DNA of 27,493 nt from a bacterium (GCA_046757025.1 JBHHXN010000058.1:1-27493), one strand, 5' to 3'; shown: positions 1 to 8,899, counted from the first letter of the stretch. Translations and numbers: made by a program. The notes: a model not told the origin generated them from the sequence alone.

Positions 1-74
1 TTTAAGCGGCGCGTAGAGTGTTGAGCGAAAATCGTTCTACGCTCCTTGCTAAACGATTTACAGGAGGTAGTTGG

Positions 75-1604
75 ATGTCGGCAAAATCCTTTGAGAACGA
101 ATACAATAAGCTGGAAAGACTCATGGAGTTGGCCGAAATTCTCGGCCAGCAGACCGATTTTGCTGAGATTCTGCGGGTGGTTACACACCAGGCTGTGAGC
201 TTGCTGAACGCCGAAATTGCCGTGATAATGATGATCAATCCCCGCACCCATCAAACCCTAAAAACCGTTTTCAAGGCAAGGCCAGAAGCTCAGCAGCGCC
301 GTTATCATTCCTTGCACTTACAAGTATGCGGTTGGGTAATTAAAAACAATCGGACTTTTTTCAGTTCGAATATCCAGGATGACATCCGTTTCCGCAAAAA
401 CCGTTTCAAGGACCTTCCAATAAAATCGGTGATGTGTGTGCCGCTGCGTATAGAAGGCGTCATCATCGGCTCCATCCTGCTTTTAAACAAAGATCATGAA
501 AATAAATTTGATGAGAGCGATCTTACAGTTCTGGAAAAGCTCGCTATCATCTCCGCTCCTTTTTTGCGAAACATTCAAAAAATAGAACAGTACTTCACCA
601 CGCCCTTACCTGAAGCTGCGCTTTTGAGCAAATATGAAAAATTGGGGCTGCTGGGCAAAAGCAAAAGATTTATTGAATTATTGCACGCAGTCGAAGCTGC
701 GGCCCGTTGCGATGTGCGCGTTTTGCTGGAGGGTGAAAGCGGTACTGGCAAGGAATTAATTGCGCGGGCTATTCATCAACTCAGCGCTCGGTGTGGTTGT
801 CCCTTCGTCACCATAGATTGTGGTGCCATTCCTGAAAATCTATTGGAAAGCGAGCTCTTTGGCCATGTCAAAGGCGCGTTCACCGGCGCTACCCAGGACC
901 GCAAAGGCCTGCTGGAAGAAGCCAATCACGGCACCCTGTTTATGGACGAGATCACCAATCTTCCCCTGGAGATGCAAGCCAAATTCATGCGTGTGCTGCA
1001 GGAAGGCGAGGTGCGACCAGTGGGGAGCAACAAAGCTCGCAAGATCGATGTTCGCATTATTTCCGCATCCAGTGGTGCCTTGCGCAAAATGGTCGACAAC
1101 CAGCGGTTTCGGGCAGATTTATTTTACCGGCTGCATGTTTATCCTATTTACGTGCCGTCTTTGAATGACCGCCGTGAGGATATCCCGCTGCTTGCCAACC
1201 ATTTTCTCAAAAAATTCGCACGTCAGCAACAAAAACAAGCTGACTCTTTTCACGAAACGGTCTTGGATTTTATGCAACAGCGCTTTTGGGAGGGAAATAT
1301 CCGTGAGCTTGAAAACTTTGTAGAACGGCTGGTGACGCTGGCAATCCCTGCAACAAGAATTCTCGACCATGACATCCTACCACCTGATTACAAGAAAGAA
1401 TTCAAAAAACTCACTAAGAAGCAAGCATTGTCCACCATTCGAAAATCTCTTAAAGAAAGCCTTTCGGAATACGAAGTGCAGCTCATTCGCCAGGCACTTA
1501 TAGAAAACGATTGGAACCAATCGCAAGCCGCTCGTAGTCTGAAGATTTCTGAGCCAACCCTGCGATACAAAATGAAAAAGTTGAAAGTTGTGAAATCCGC
1601 TTGA
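75..1604 (+). CDS. Sigma-54-dependent transcriptional activator (GAF - AAA+ - Fis-type HTH; NifA/FhlA-like architecture)
   Basis: Walker A GESGTGKE, the sigma-54 contact loop GAFTGA, Walker B LFMDEI, FRADLFYRL, WEGNIREL, and a C-terminal HTH NQSQAARSLKISEPTLRYKMKK. N-terminal GAF-like region (SVMCVPLRIEGVIIGSILLLNK). Start moved to ATG 75, which follows the RBS AGGAGG at 62-67. Confidence 0.93.
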   Translation: MSAKSFENEYNKLERLMELAEILGQQTDFAEILRVVTHQAVSLLNAEIAVIMMINPRTHQTLKTVFKARPEAQQRRYHSLHLQVCGWVIKNNRTFFSSNIQDDIRFRKNRFKDLPIKSVMCVPLRIEGVIIGSILLLNKDHENKFDESDLTVLEKLAIISAPFLRNIQKIEQYFTTPLPEAALLSKYEKLGLLGKSKRFIELLHAVEAAARCDVRVLLEGESGTGKELIARAIHQLSARCGCPFVTIDCGAIPENLLESELFGHVKGAFTGATQDRKGLLEEANHGTLFMDEITNLPLEMQAKFMRVLQEGEVRPVGSNKARKIDVRIISASSGALRKMVDNQRFRADLFYRLHVYPIYVPSLNDRREDIPLLANHFLKKFARQQQKQADSFHETVLDFMQQRFWEGNIRELENFVERLVTLAIPATRILDHDILPPDYKKEFKKLTKKQALSTIRKSLKESLSEYEVQLIRQALIENDWNQSQAARSLKISEPTLRYKMKKLKVVKSA

Positions 1605-1609
1605 TTTGT

Positions 1610-1818
1610 AATGCGTGGCGCATGGAAAGAAGAACCAATTTTGTCAGTGGAAATTGAGCCATTCCAACACAGAATCTGCTGAAACAGAGGTCTGGCATGA
1701 TTTCGACTTGCGTTGTGATTACCTTACCAACATCGACCTTGCTGAGTTGAGAAACAATTATAACCAAATGCATCGCATGTTTTCAAACATGATAGCCAAG
1801 CCAGACAAACGGTGCAAA
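1610..1818 (+). pseudogene. Degraded C-terminal part of a four-helix-bundle protein (23S rRNA IVS / TIGR02436-like family)
   Basis: Reads NAWRMERRTNFVS (1610-1648), then shifts frame to KLSHSNTESAETEVWHDFDLRCDYL...YNQMHRMFSNMIAKPDKRC. This resembles the family pattern AWRKRRY..FxSKLxD...EAAETxVWLDF..C.Y...MLxxMIxxPxKxC. No N-terminus is present. Confidence 0.65.
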
Positions 1819-1929
1819 ATAATGCCACATTGCCTGCATAATCACTCTATGTTTCATTCTGTGCGCTCTACGATTCCATCCTATTATTTTTAACGAATAC
1901 AACTTCTATAAAAACAATTGGTGGTCTGA

Positions 1930-1947
1930 CTCGTAAAATTTAACGAG
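1930..1947. promoter_or_regulatory. Palindromic candidate upstream activator sequence for the adjacent sigma-54 activator
   Basis: CTCGTAAAATTTAACGAG is self-complementary at 16/18 positions and lies about 100 bp upstream of the candidate -24 element. Related half-sites occur at 1890-1896 (TTAACGA) and 2035-2040 (TTACGA). Confidence 0.5.
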
Positions 1948-2047
1948 ATTTGTTCATTGATTTGAGCCTTTCCTATCTCGAAATACTATCTCCACTAAGT
2001 TCCTATTTATTAAACAGTTTAATCTGACTACAAATTACGAATTTTTT

Positions 2048-2064
2048 TTGGTATTCTTTTTGAC
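2048..2064 (+). promoter_or_regulatory. Candidate sigma-54 (-24/-12) promoter
   Basis: TTGGTATTCTTTTTGAC: GG(2050-51)-N10-GA(2062-63) has the exact -24/-12 spacing, with GA in place of GC. It lies about 115 bp upstream of the acylase start and directly downstream of a GAFTGA activator gene. Confidence 0.5.
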
Positions 2065-2179
2065 ACTTTCCATACCAAGCTTATCAATATAAACTTGCGC
2101 TAACACTCAACTGAAATGGTCAAAAGCCATTTCTCCAAAAGCATCACAACATTTCACTTATATAAGGAGGGACGTTATC

Positions 2180-4348
2180 ATGAAAGTAGTTCACATTATA
2201 TCCTTAATATTCGTTTTCATTTTTGTCCAATCTTTCGCAACATCGGCAAATGCCCAGGCCGAGGATATTTCTCTTATCGCCTCAGACGGCACAGTGGTTA
2301 CCATACACCGGGATTCGTACGGCGTCCCCCATATCACGGCCGAAAACGAAGTCGGTGTCTTTTTTGGGCAGGGGTTTGCCGTTGCCCAGGATCGTCTCTT
2401 TCAAATGGAGCAGACCAAACGGGCCGCCGAGGGCAGATTGACCGAGGCGTTTGGCATGACGCAACTCAGCACGGATATGTTCGTTCGAACCATGTTCTAC
2501 ACCGAGGCAGAACGAATGCGTCAGTTTGCCGATTTACCCCCGGAAATAAAGTCAATGCTTGAAGCGTACCGGGACGGTATAAACACCTATCTGGACTCCA
2601 TTAAAGTCAATCCCGCCAAATTCAAACCTGTTGAATTTCAGGTCCTCGGTCTTGAGATTGAAGCGTGGACGGTTTACAACTCCATTGCTATTATGCAATT
2701 CATTACGAGAAGATTCGGTCAACGCGGCGGCGAAGAATTGACCCGCCTCGTTGAACTGCAGCAGAACGGGCTGCAGTGGTTGAACGAAAACCGACCCATC
2801 AACGATCCCACTGCACCAACGACCATCCACGCGACCAGCAGCTACCTCGCTCCCAACTCATGGAGCTATACTGGAATGCCTGTAAGAAATGAGGTTATTC
2901 GGTCAATGCAATCCAGAAACAAAGAGATCGACTCGCGGTTTTTGGAACTGGGAATACCTTCTAAACTCGGCAGCTTTGCGGTTTTGCTTTCACAGCCCAG
3001 GTCGAATACCGGTAACGTCATGCTTTTAGGGGCACCTCAAATGGGACCTCCTGAAATAGACAAACCGAACGTGACTAATGAGGTCGAGTTGAATTGTCCA
3101 ACCCTGCATGCGGGTGGGATGACCGTAGCTGGGATCCCAATGGTAATTATTGGTCACAACGATCACCATGCCTGGACCATTACCACCGGCCAATCCGACA
3201 ACAGCGACATTTATATTGAAACCACCATGGACAGTTCCTTCAGCAAATACTTTCACAACAGCGAGTGGTTGGATTTTGAAGTCTTTGAGGACACGATAAA
3301 AACTCCTACTGGAGAAATTCCGTTTAACCACTTTCGCACAGTGCATGGGCCGGTCGTTGGCGACGACCTCGGGAATAACCTGGCCTTTACTTTAAAAATG
3401 ACCTTTTGGGATGAGGAATTAGAATTGGTGAAGGCCGTCTATGACCTCCTTAAAGCGACGAGCCTCGAGCAATTCGAGACAGCGATTAAACCAGTACCTG
3501 TTACTTTCAACCTGTTCTATGCCGGTCAAGACCAGAAGATCAAATACTGGCACCTCGGTAAATATGTGGACCGCAGCCAGGAACAAGTAGACCCGCGATT
3601 ACCCCACAAAGGGGATGGCACTGAAGAATGGCCCGATTTCCTCGCCTTCGAGGACTTACCTTCTGCTGATTTCACTCAGCAAGACTATTTCGTAAATTGG
3701 AATAACAAACCGGTTAATTGGTGGAATAATGGAGACAATATTCCCTGGGCCGGTTCCACGAGATTGACGACCCGAGTACTGGACATCGATGCGTTTGTGG
3801 CTCCGATCACTGCCTTCACTTATGAAAACCTCAAGGATGTACCAAGACAAATCGACGCTCATGGCAGTTACCAACAAGCAATCGAGCTCACCGGTAGCGA
3901 TTTTAACGACGAGAACATCGTTCCTCCCGGTCAAAGCGCCTTCATAAGTCTTGCGGGCCAACCGAGTCCAAATGCATCAGACCAGTGGCAGTTACATGTC
4001 AATTGGCAGTTCAAAGACATGGAATTCGGGCCGTCGTTAGCCGTGAGTGTGGAGCCAGACGATCAAAGTCCACGTGCATTTACTTTACATCAGAATTATC
4101 CTAACCCGTTTAACCCAGTCACCACCATTCAGTTTGCATTGCCCCAGCCCTCTTTGGTCACGCTCAAGCTATTTGATGTCCTTGGCAGAGAAATAACGAC
4201 TTTAGTGGATGAAGCGCTGGAGGCTGGCGTGCACAAAATCAATCTCGATGCTAAAGATCTGGCAAGCGGAGTTTATTTTTATAGAATCCAGGCCGAGGTC
4301 TCAGGAAACGCATTTGTGCAGGTGAAAAAACTTATGTTGTTGAAATAA
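2180..4348 (+). CDS. Secreted penicillin acylase family (Ntn hydrolase, peptidase S45) protein with a C-terminal Por/T9SS-like sorting domain
   Basis: Signal peptide ending ANA-Q. Alpha-chain motif VTIHRDSYGVPHI..GQGFAVAQDRLFQME. Presumed beta-chain start Ser265 (G-SFAV..GAPQM), then RTVHGPV, YFVNWNNKP and PPGQS. Tail LHQNYPNPFNP..LASGVYFYRI..KKLMLLK. RBS AAGGAGG. Confidence 0.9.
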   Translation: MKVVHIISLIFVFIFVQSFATSANAQAEDISLIASDGTVVTIHRDSYGVPHITAENEVGVFFGQGFAVAQDRLFQMEQTKRAAEGRLTEAFGMTQLSTDMFVRTMFYTEAERMRQFADLPPEIKSMLEAYRDGINTYLDSIKVNPAKFKPVEFQVLGLEIEAWTVYNSIAIMQFITRRFGQRGGEELTRLVELQQNGLQWLNENRPINDPTAPTTIHATSSYLAPNSWSYTGMPVRNEVIRSMQSRNKEIDSRFLELGIPSKLGSFAVLLSQPRSNTGNVMLLGAPQMGPPEIDKPNVTNEVELNCPTLHAGGMTVAGIPMVIIGHNDHHAWTITTGQSDNSDIYIETTMDSSFSKYFHNSEWLDFEVFEDTIKTPTGEIPFNHFRTVHGPVVGDDLGNNLAFTLKMTFWDEELELVKAVYDLLKATSLEQFETAIKPVPVTFNLFYAGQDQKIKYWHLGKYVDRSQEQVDPRLPHKGDGTEEWPDFLAFEDLPSADFTQQDYFVNWNNKPVNWWNNGDNIPWAGSTRLTTRVLDIDAFVAPITAFTYENLKDVPRQIDAHGSYQQAIELTGSDFNDENIVPPGQSAFISLAGQPSPNASDQWQLHVNWQFKDMEFGPSLAVSVEPDDQSPRAFTLHQNYPNPFNPVTTIQFALPQPSLVTLKLFDVLGREITTLVDEALEAGVHKINLDAKDLASGVYFYRIQAEVSGNAFVQVKKLMLLK

Positions 4349-4414
4349 GGAAAAAATACCTAATAGTAAAAAATCAATGACTGAATCTTTCACTTAAAAA
4401 AGGAGGATAAAATT

Positions 4415-5425
4415 ATGAAGATCAACACATTTTTTCTGGCAGTACTGGCATTGTCTTTTATGCTTGTAAGCTGTGGGAAGCAGGCTTCTTCACCCACGGC
4501 TTTCGATGAAAGCACACTCGACAAAGTCGAACTGGCGAAAAGCTCCGGAACTTCTGATGCCAATGATTTTGTGGCGCCGCTGGAGGGCAAGCAAGAAGTT
4601 CCAAAAGTTAATACAACTGCGCACGGTCTGGCTACTTTCAGCCTCAACGCTGCAGAAACAGAGTTAAGTTACAAGCTCTATGTTTCAAACATGACAACTG
4701 GTAGAAACGTCAATTTTTCCTTTGTCACGCAAGCGCATATTCACCTGGGAGGTCGCGGTAAAAATGGCGACATTGTGGCATTCCTGTTTGGACCGGTCGC
4801 AGCAGGTGGGACACCCGCTCCGTCGTTCACTGGCAACGGCCTTGTTGCTGAAGGCACCTTGACTTCAGCGGACTTGACAGGTCCTCTCGCAGGAAAGACC
4901 ATCGCTGATTTGGCAGCAGAGATGCGAAAAAATTCTGAAAACACTTACGTAAACGTCCACACTTTGGCTCATCCTGCTGGTGAGATCCGTGGTCAAATCC
5001 GTACAGCAGATGGTACAAAACGCACCTCCATCACCGCTGAAGTGGATTTGTCAGCGGCGCCAGAGGACCCCGGCGTGGCATTTGTTGACAAAAACGGCCT
5101 GACGCACATTCATGATGCCGTGTTCCGGGATCGACCCGTTACCGGCGATATTACGGGAACCGCTACTGTCACCGCGACGCTTCATATTGACGCCACAGGT
5201 AGCGGGCCTATGAAGGGTTCGGCTGTCATCACAACCGCAGAGGGTTCCTGGGCCGGTCGCTTCAATGGCGAGACCATTGGTTTAGTCGATTCGGGAAGAT
5301 TCAATTTGCGTGGCAGTGGCGGCTTACGAGGAACCCGTCTCAAAGGATTTTTTCAGGATGCGCAAGCAACAGCTACCGATCCCAATCCCAACAAATTCAC
5401 CTTAGTCGGTTTCATAAAACACTGA
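4415..5425 (+). CDS. Lipoprotein with a CHRD domain and a C-terminal Gly-rich beta domain
   Basis: Lipobox LVS-C. CHRD motifs LEGKQEVP, TQAHIH and YVNVHTLAHPAGEIRGQI. An extra ~135-aa C-terminal domain is similar to the 6118-6660 protein. RBS AGGAGG. Confidence 0.85.
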   Translation: MKINTFFLAVLALSFMLVSCGKQASSPTAFDESTLDKVELAKSSGTSDANDFVAPLEGKQEVPKVNTTAHGLATFSLNAAETELSYKLYVSNMTTGRNVNFSFVTQAHIHLGGRGKNGDIVAFLFGPVAAGGTPAPSFTGNGLVAEGTLTSADLTGPLAGKTIADLAAEMRKNSENTYVNVHTLAHPAGEIRGQIRTADGTKRTSITAEVDLSAAPEDPGVAFVDKNGLTHIHDAVFRDRPVTGDITGTATVTATLHIDATGSGPMKGSAVITTAEGSWAGRFNGETIGLVDSGRFNLRGSGGLRGTRLKGFFQDAQATATDPNPNKFTLVGFIKH

Positions 5426-5429
5426 AATT

Positions 5430-5462
5430 TGAGCCGGAAAGATAAGTTGTCTTTCCGGCTCA
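5430..5462. terminator. Intergenic 13-bp perfect stem-loop without a U-tract (mRNA stabiliser or weak terminator)
   Basis: TGAGCCGGAAAGA (5430-5442) pairs with TCTTTCCGGCTCA (5450-5462); 7-nt loop; starts 5 nt after the stop codon. Confidence 0.6.
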
Positions 5463-5491
5463 CAGGTAATTATTTAGAAAGAGGTTTAGAA

Positions 5492-5947
5492 ATGGAACGC
5501 ACAATTAAAAAAATCACTTTGTTTGTTTTTTTGACCAGTTCATTCACCTGGTTTTATTGTGGGGACGATGCTAATCCTTTAGCACCCAAAGAATTAGCAG
5601 GTAGCTGGACATTTGTTTCCCTCACGAACAAGATAGATAATATTACAATAAGTGCAGGTGATCAAGCAGACATCGGTGGTATGACAGGAATTATCACCGG
5701 CACCCTTGAATTGACTGAAACGACCTTTACTTTTACGTTCACCATTTCAGCCACAGGGATTCCGCCGCAGTCCTTAGCCTTTTCAGGCACTTACTCAATT
5801 AGCGGCTCCACTCTCACAGCTATAGTGAGTAGCTCTACTGTGCCAGATATTGAAGTGGGAACGAATACATTTACGATTAGTCGCAGTGGAGATCGAATGA
5901 CCTTTGAAGACGATGAAAGTAAATGGGTATATGATAAGCAGGAATAA
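5492..5947 (+). CDS. Putative lipoprotein with a lipocalin-like beta-barrel
   Basis: ATG 5492 follows GAGG. Hydrophobic N-terminus ends in C-GDD (atypical lipobox WFY-C). LAGSWTFVS (GxW) and SGTYSISGSTLT are typical of lipocalin-like lipoproteins. Confidence 0.65.
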   Translation: MERTIKKITLFVFLTSSFTWFYCGDDANPLAPKELAGSWTFVSLTNKIDNITISAGDQADIGGMTGIITGTLELTETTFTFTFTISATGIPPQSLAFSGTYSISGSTLTAIVSSSTVPDIEVGTNTFTISRSGDRMTFEDDESKWVYDKQE

Positions 5948-6117
5948 ATAAATGAAGACGACCGGATTATATTTTAATTACCACAATAAAAACCCACCGG
6001 TGAATATCCTGAAAATCAGCGTTGGTGCAATCTGAATGAGTTAGGAATATCGATTCTTATTACCAGATAGCATCCGTTTTTCATTTCAATAATTCACATA
6101 AAATGGAGGATATCATT

Positions 6118-6660
6118 ATGAAGTACAAAATATTATTTATCTCGGTTGCAGTTACTGCTCTGCTTCTTTTGAGTTGTGGGCAAGAGCAACCCATAACACC
6201 TCAGCTCACACAAAGTGACGAGGCCACTGCTTTGGCGAAGAAAGCCATGAGAACGCCTTTTACGGCTACCACGCCTTTGACAATCACTGATCCAGGAGAT
6301 ATCCGTGAGCTCCCAAATGGTACTTTACACTTTCGAGATCAAATCCGAAAAGGTCCTGTTAGTGGTGACCTAGAAAATAACGATTTCGACGCTGTGATCG
6401 TAGTGATAGAAAAAGCTAAACTTGACGTTTTAGGCAACGGACCTGGTAGAGGTACTTTTAAAATCACCGCATGTCACACAGTTCTCGGCTGTGGCACCTT
6501 TGAAGGCCGCTTTAAAGGACGCAACACTGGCTTTCTATTTGCAGACAAATTCAAAGCGAAGGGCACGAGTGGAGACTTCGTGGGAATGAAAATGAAAGGA
6601 AACTTCGCGGAGACTACGCCAGGCAGCAATGTTTTTGTGCTCACCGGAACCATCCGTTAG
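6118..6660 (+). CDS. Hypothetical lipoprotein; stand-alone copy of the beta domain fused to the CHRD protein
   Basis: GGAGGA RBS before ATG 6118; lipobox LLS-C; Gly-rich beta-strand pattern (GNGPGRGTF, GTFEGRFKG). Confidence 0.75.
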   Translation: MKYKILFISVAVTALLLLSCGQEQPITPQLTQSDEATALAKKAMRTPFTATTPLTITDPGDIRELPNGTLHFRDQIRKGPVSGDLENNDFDAVIVVIEKAKLDVLGNGPGRGTFKITACHTVLGCGTFEGRFKGRNTGFLFADKFKAKGTSGDFVGMKMKGNFAETTPGSNVFVLTGTIR

Positions 6661-6871
6661 GCAATGAAAGCATTATACAAAAGGGAGTAACAATAGATAA
6701 TAGCTCACTGCGGGATTTGTGTGTTGATGCTAAATATTTTGCCCATCCCAGAGAGTGCAATCGGCAGCTTTTGAACATCTGATCCCGCTTGAGCTCGATT
6801 AATTTTACAGCGAAAGTCTTTAACAAACGAATATAGAATAATTATGTGAGGGAGGTACATGAAACAATAGA

Positions 6872-8845
6872 ATGGCCTGGAACCACAGAATTTACTTTTT
6901 TCTTTTCTGCTGTCTTCTTCTTCAAGTGACGCAGCCAGCCCGGGCACAAATTGATGGCAAAATTGTGTACCCGGAGTTTTACAGGTACTACCTCGGCGAT
7001 CCCACAGGCCCGGACTGGGCGCAACCGCAGTTTGACGACAGCAAATGGGAGCGAATAAAAAACGGTACTTTCCCGTACGATCGCTGGCAGGGAATTGGCT
7101 ACTTTCGCTCTGTCGTGGAAGTGGATACTACACTCTGGAATTCACCGCTGGGTTTATCTATGTGGACGGCCGGTGCAGTAGATTTTTATTTAGATGGCGA
7201 GCTGCTGCATCGATTCGGCAAAGTGGGTACTTCAGCAGCGGAGGAACAACCTTATTGGGGACGCCACGGACCCCGGGTTATTTCCTTTCGCCCCATTTCA
7301 CCCACTGAAGGAGGCAAATCACGACACCTTGTTGCCTTCCACTTTTCAAATTTCTTTCGACAATCGTCTGTCTGGTCAGGGTCAACGGGGAGCCTGGGGT
7401 GGGAAATCAGAAGCGTCGACGACCTGTTCAGTATGATGGCCCAGCGCGACAACTTCAGAAGAAAATTGACCCTTCACCAGATGCTTCTCACGGGTGTATT
7501 TCTGGCGTTTGCTTTGTTGCATCTTCTACTCTTTATGTTCTATCGTGAATCTCGTGCCAATCTTTACTTTGCTGTACTCAGCGCTTGTTCCGCCCTGACG
7601 GTCTTTTATTATTACCAATCCTATTATTCTGGGTATTTCATGACGAAGCCAAGTCATATTGTTTGGAGTGTACGCTTGATGGTGATAGCATTTGCACTTA
7701 CCTTGGTATCCGCCATTCGATTGACTTATTTGCTTATCTATCCCAGGCTGCCCAGGGTCTTCTTTGCATCTTGCTTCGTGGGTTTTAGCCTGATAGTTTG
7801 GTCCTGGTTCAGGCCTTATAACACTGAGTTGTATCTCATCATATTCGCTATTGCTGCCTTCAGCGAGATCGTACGACCGCCTGTTGTGTCTCTAATAAAA
7901 AAGCGCAAGGCACGGCTTGAAGGAGGTTGGATCATTTTACTCGGTATGATACCGCTCGTAATCGTGGGTATCTATTACATGCTGGCCACAGATGCCGTGC
8001 AAATGGTGCCGCTGCCATGGGAATTTGCCGACTTCCCGACGCCTTTCTATGCCATGTTGCTCCTCATGATTTCAATATCCGTGTTTCTATCGCGCAATTT
8101 CGCCCGCACAGAAGCGGAAAATGCCCGCAAAACTAAAGAATTGGAAGAAGCGCGGCAGCTCCAGCTCTCCATGCTTCCCAAAACCGTTCCGCAGTTACCA
8201 AATCTTGAAATTGCCGCTTACTCGAAGCCAGCTACCGAAGTCGGTGGGGATTATTATGATTTTCATATAGGCGAGAACGGTACCCTGACCGTGGCCATTG
8301 GGGATGCCACCGGCCATGGCATGAGCGCTGGCACGATGGTGTCGATCAGTAAAGGTTTGTTCAAATCTCTGGCGGTTGAGACTCCTCTTCCCAAAATTCT
8401 GAGAGAGAGGTCAAGCGCACTGGCAAACATGAACCTGGGTTTCATGTATATGGCAATGACGTTGGTGAAATTCAAAGGAAACAAATTGCAGATCTCAGCT
8501 GCCGGTATGCCTCCGGCTCTGGACTACAAAGCCGAAGTCCAGCAAGTTGACGAGATAATATTGAAAGGACCTCCGTTAGGTGGATTTCCTGATTTCCAAT
8601 ACCAGCAGCAGGAAATGAGACTGAGAAGTGGGGATTCCCTCGTTCTCATGAGTGACGGTCTGCCCGAAAGGTTCAACGATGTTGGAGAAATGCTGGACTT
8701 TCCGAACGCCAGGCAACTCGTAGGGGAAGCCGGCCAGGAGTCGCCGCAGGCAATCGTCGAGCACCTGATTGCGGCTGGCGACAAATGGGCCAACGGCCGG
8801 CCCCAGGACGACGATGTAACATTTGTAGTGATGAAAATGAGGTAG
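6872..8845 (+). CDS. Membrane-bound SpoIIE/RsbU-type PP2C phosphatase with an extracytoplasmic jelly-roll-like sensor and a multi-TM (7TM-DISM-like) region
   Basis: Signal peptide ending ARA-Q. WAQPQFDDSKW..GIGYFR..FYLDG resembles a galactose-binding-like domain. About 7 hydrophobic segments. ELEEARQLQLSMLP, VGGDYYD, IGDATGHG, SDGLPE and QDDDVT are PP2C/SpoIIE motifs. Confidence 0.88.
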   Translation: MAWNHRIYFFLFCCLLLQVTQPARAQIDGKIVYPEFYRYYLGDPTGPDWAQPQFDDSKWERIKNGTFPYDRWQGIGYFRSVVEVDTTLWNSPLGLSMWTAGAVDFYLDGELLHRFGKVGTSAAEEQPYWGRHGPRVISFRPISPTEGGKSRHLVAFHFSNFFRQSSVWSGSTGSLGWEIRSVDDLFSMMAQRDNFRRKLTLHQMLLTGVFLAFALLHLLLFMFYRESRANLYFAVLSACSALTVFYYYQSYYSGYFMTKPSHIVWSVRLMVIAFALTLVSAIRLTYLLIYPRLPRVFFASCFVGFSLIVWSWFRPYNTELYLIIFAIAAFSEIVRPPVVSLIKKRKARLEGGWIILLGMIPLVIVGIYYMLATDAVQMVPLPWEFADFPTPFYAMLLLMISISVFLSRNFARTEAENARKTKELEEARQLQLSMLPKTVPQLPNLEIAAYSKPATEVGGDYYDFHIGENGTLTVAIGDATGHGMSAGTMVSISKGLFKSLAVETPLPKILRERSSALANMNLGFMYMAMTLVKFKGNKLQISAAGMPPALDYKAEVQQVDEIILKGPPLGGFPDFQYQQQEMRLRSGDSLVLMSDGLPERFNDVGEMLDFPNARQLVGEAGQESPQAIVEHLIAAGDKWANGRPQDDDVTFVVMKMR

Positions 8846-8899
8846 CGCGTTCGCCTTAGCCCGAAATCTGGAAGGTACACTTTTGGAGGGACCGTCATT

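Noticed and set aside
1692..1707. TGGCATGATTTCGAC as a sigma-54 promoter
   Set aside because: The GG to -12 spacing is one base short, and it lies inside the four-helix-bundle relic.
2116..2562. 148-aa alternative-frame ORF overlapping the acylase start, and similar shadow ORFs throughout (e.g. 20104-20817 minus, 8524-9078 minus, 26971-27417 minus)
   Set aside because: They overlap well-supported genes and show no recognisable motifs.
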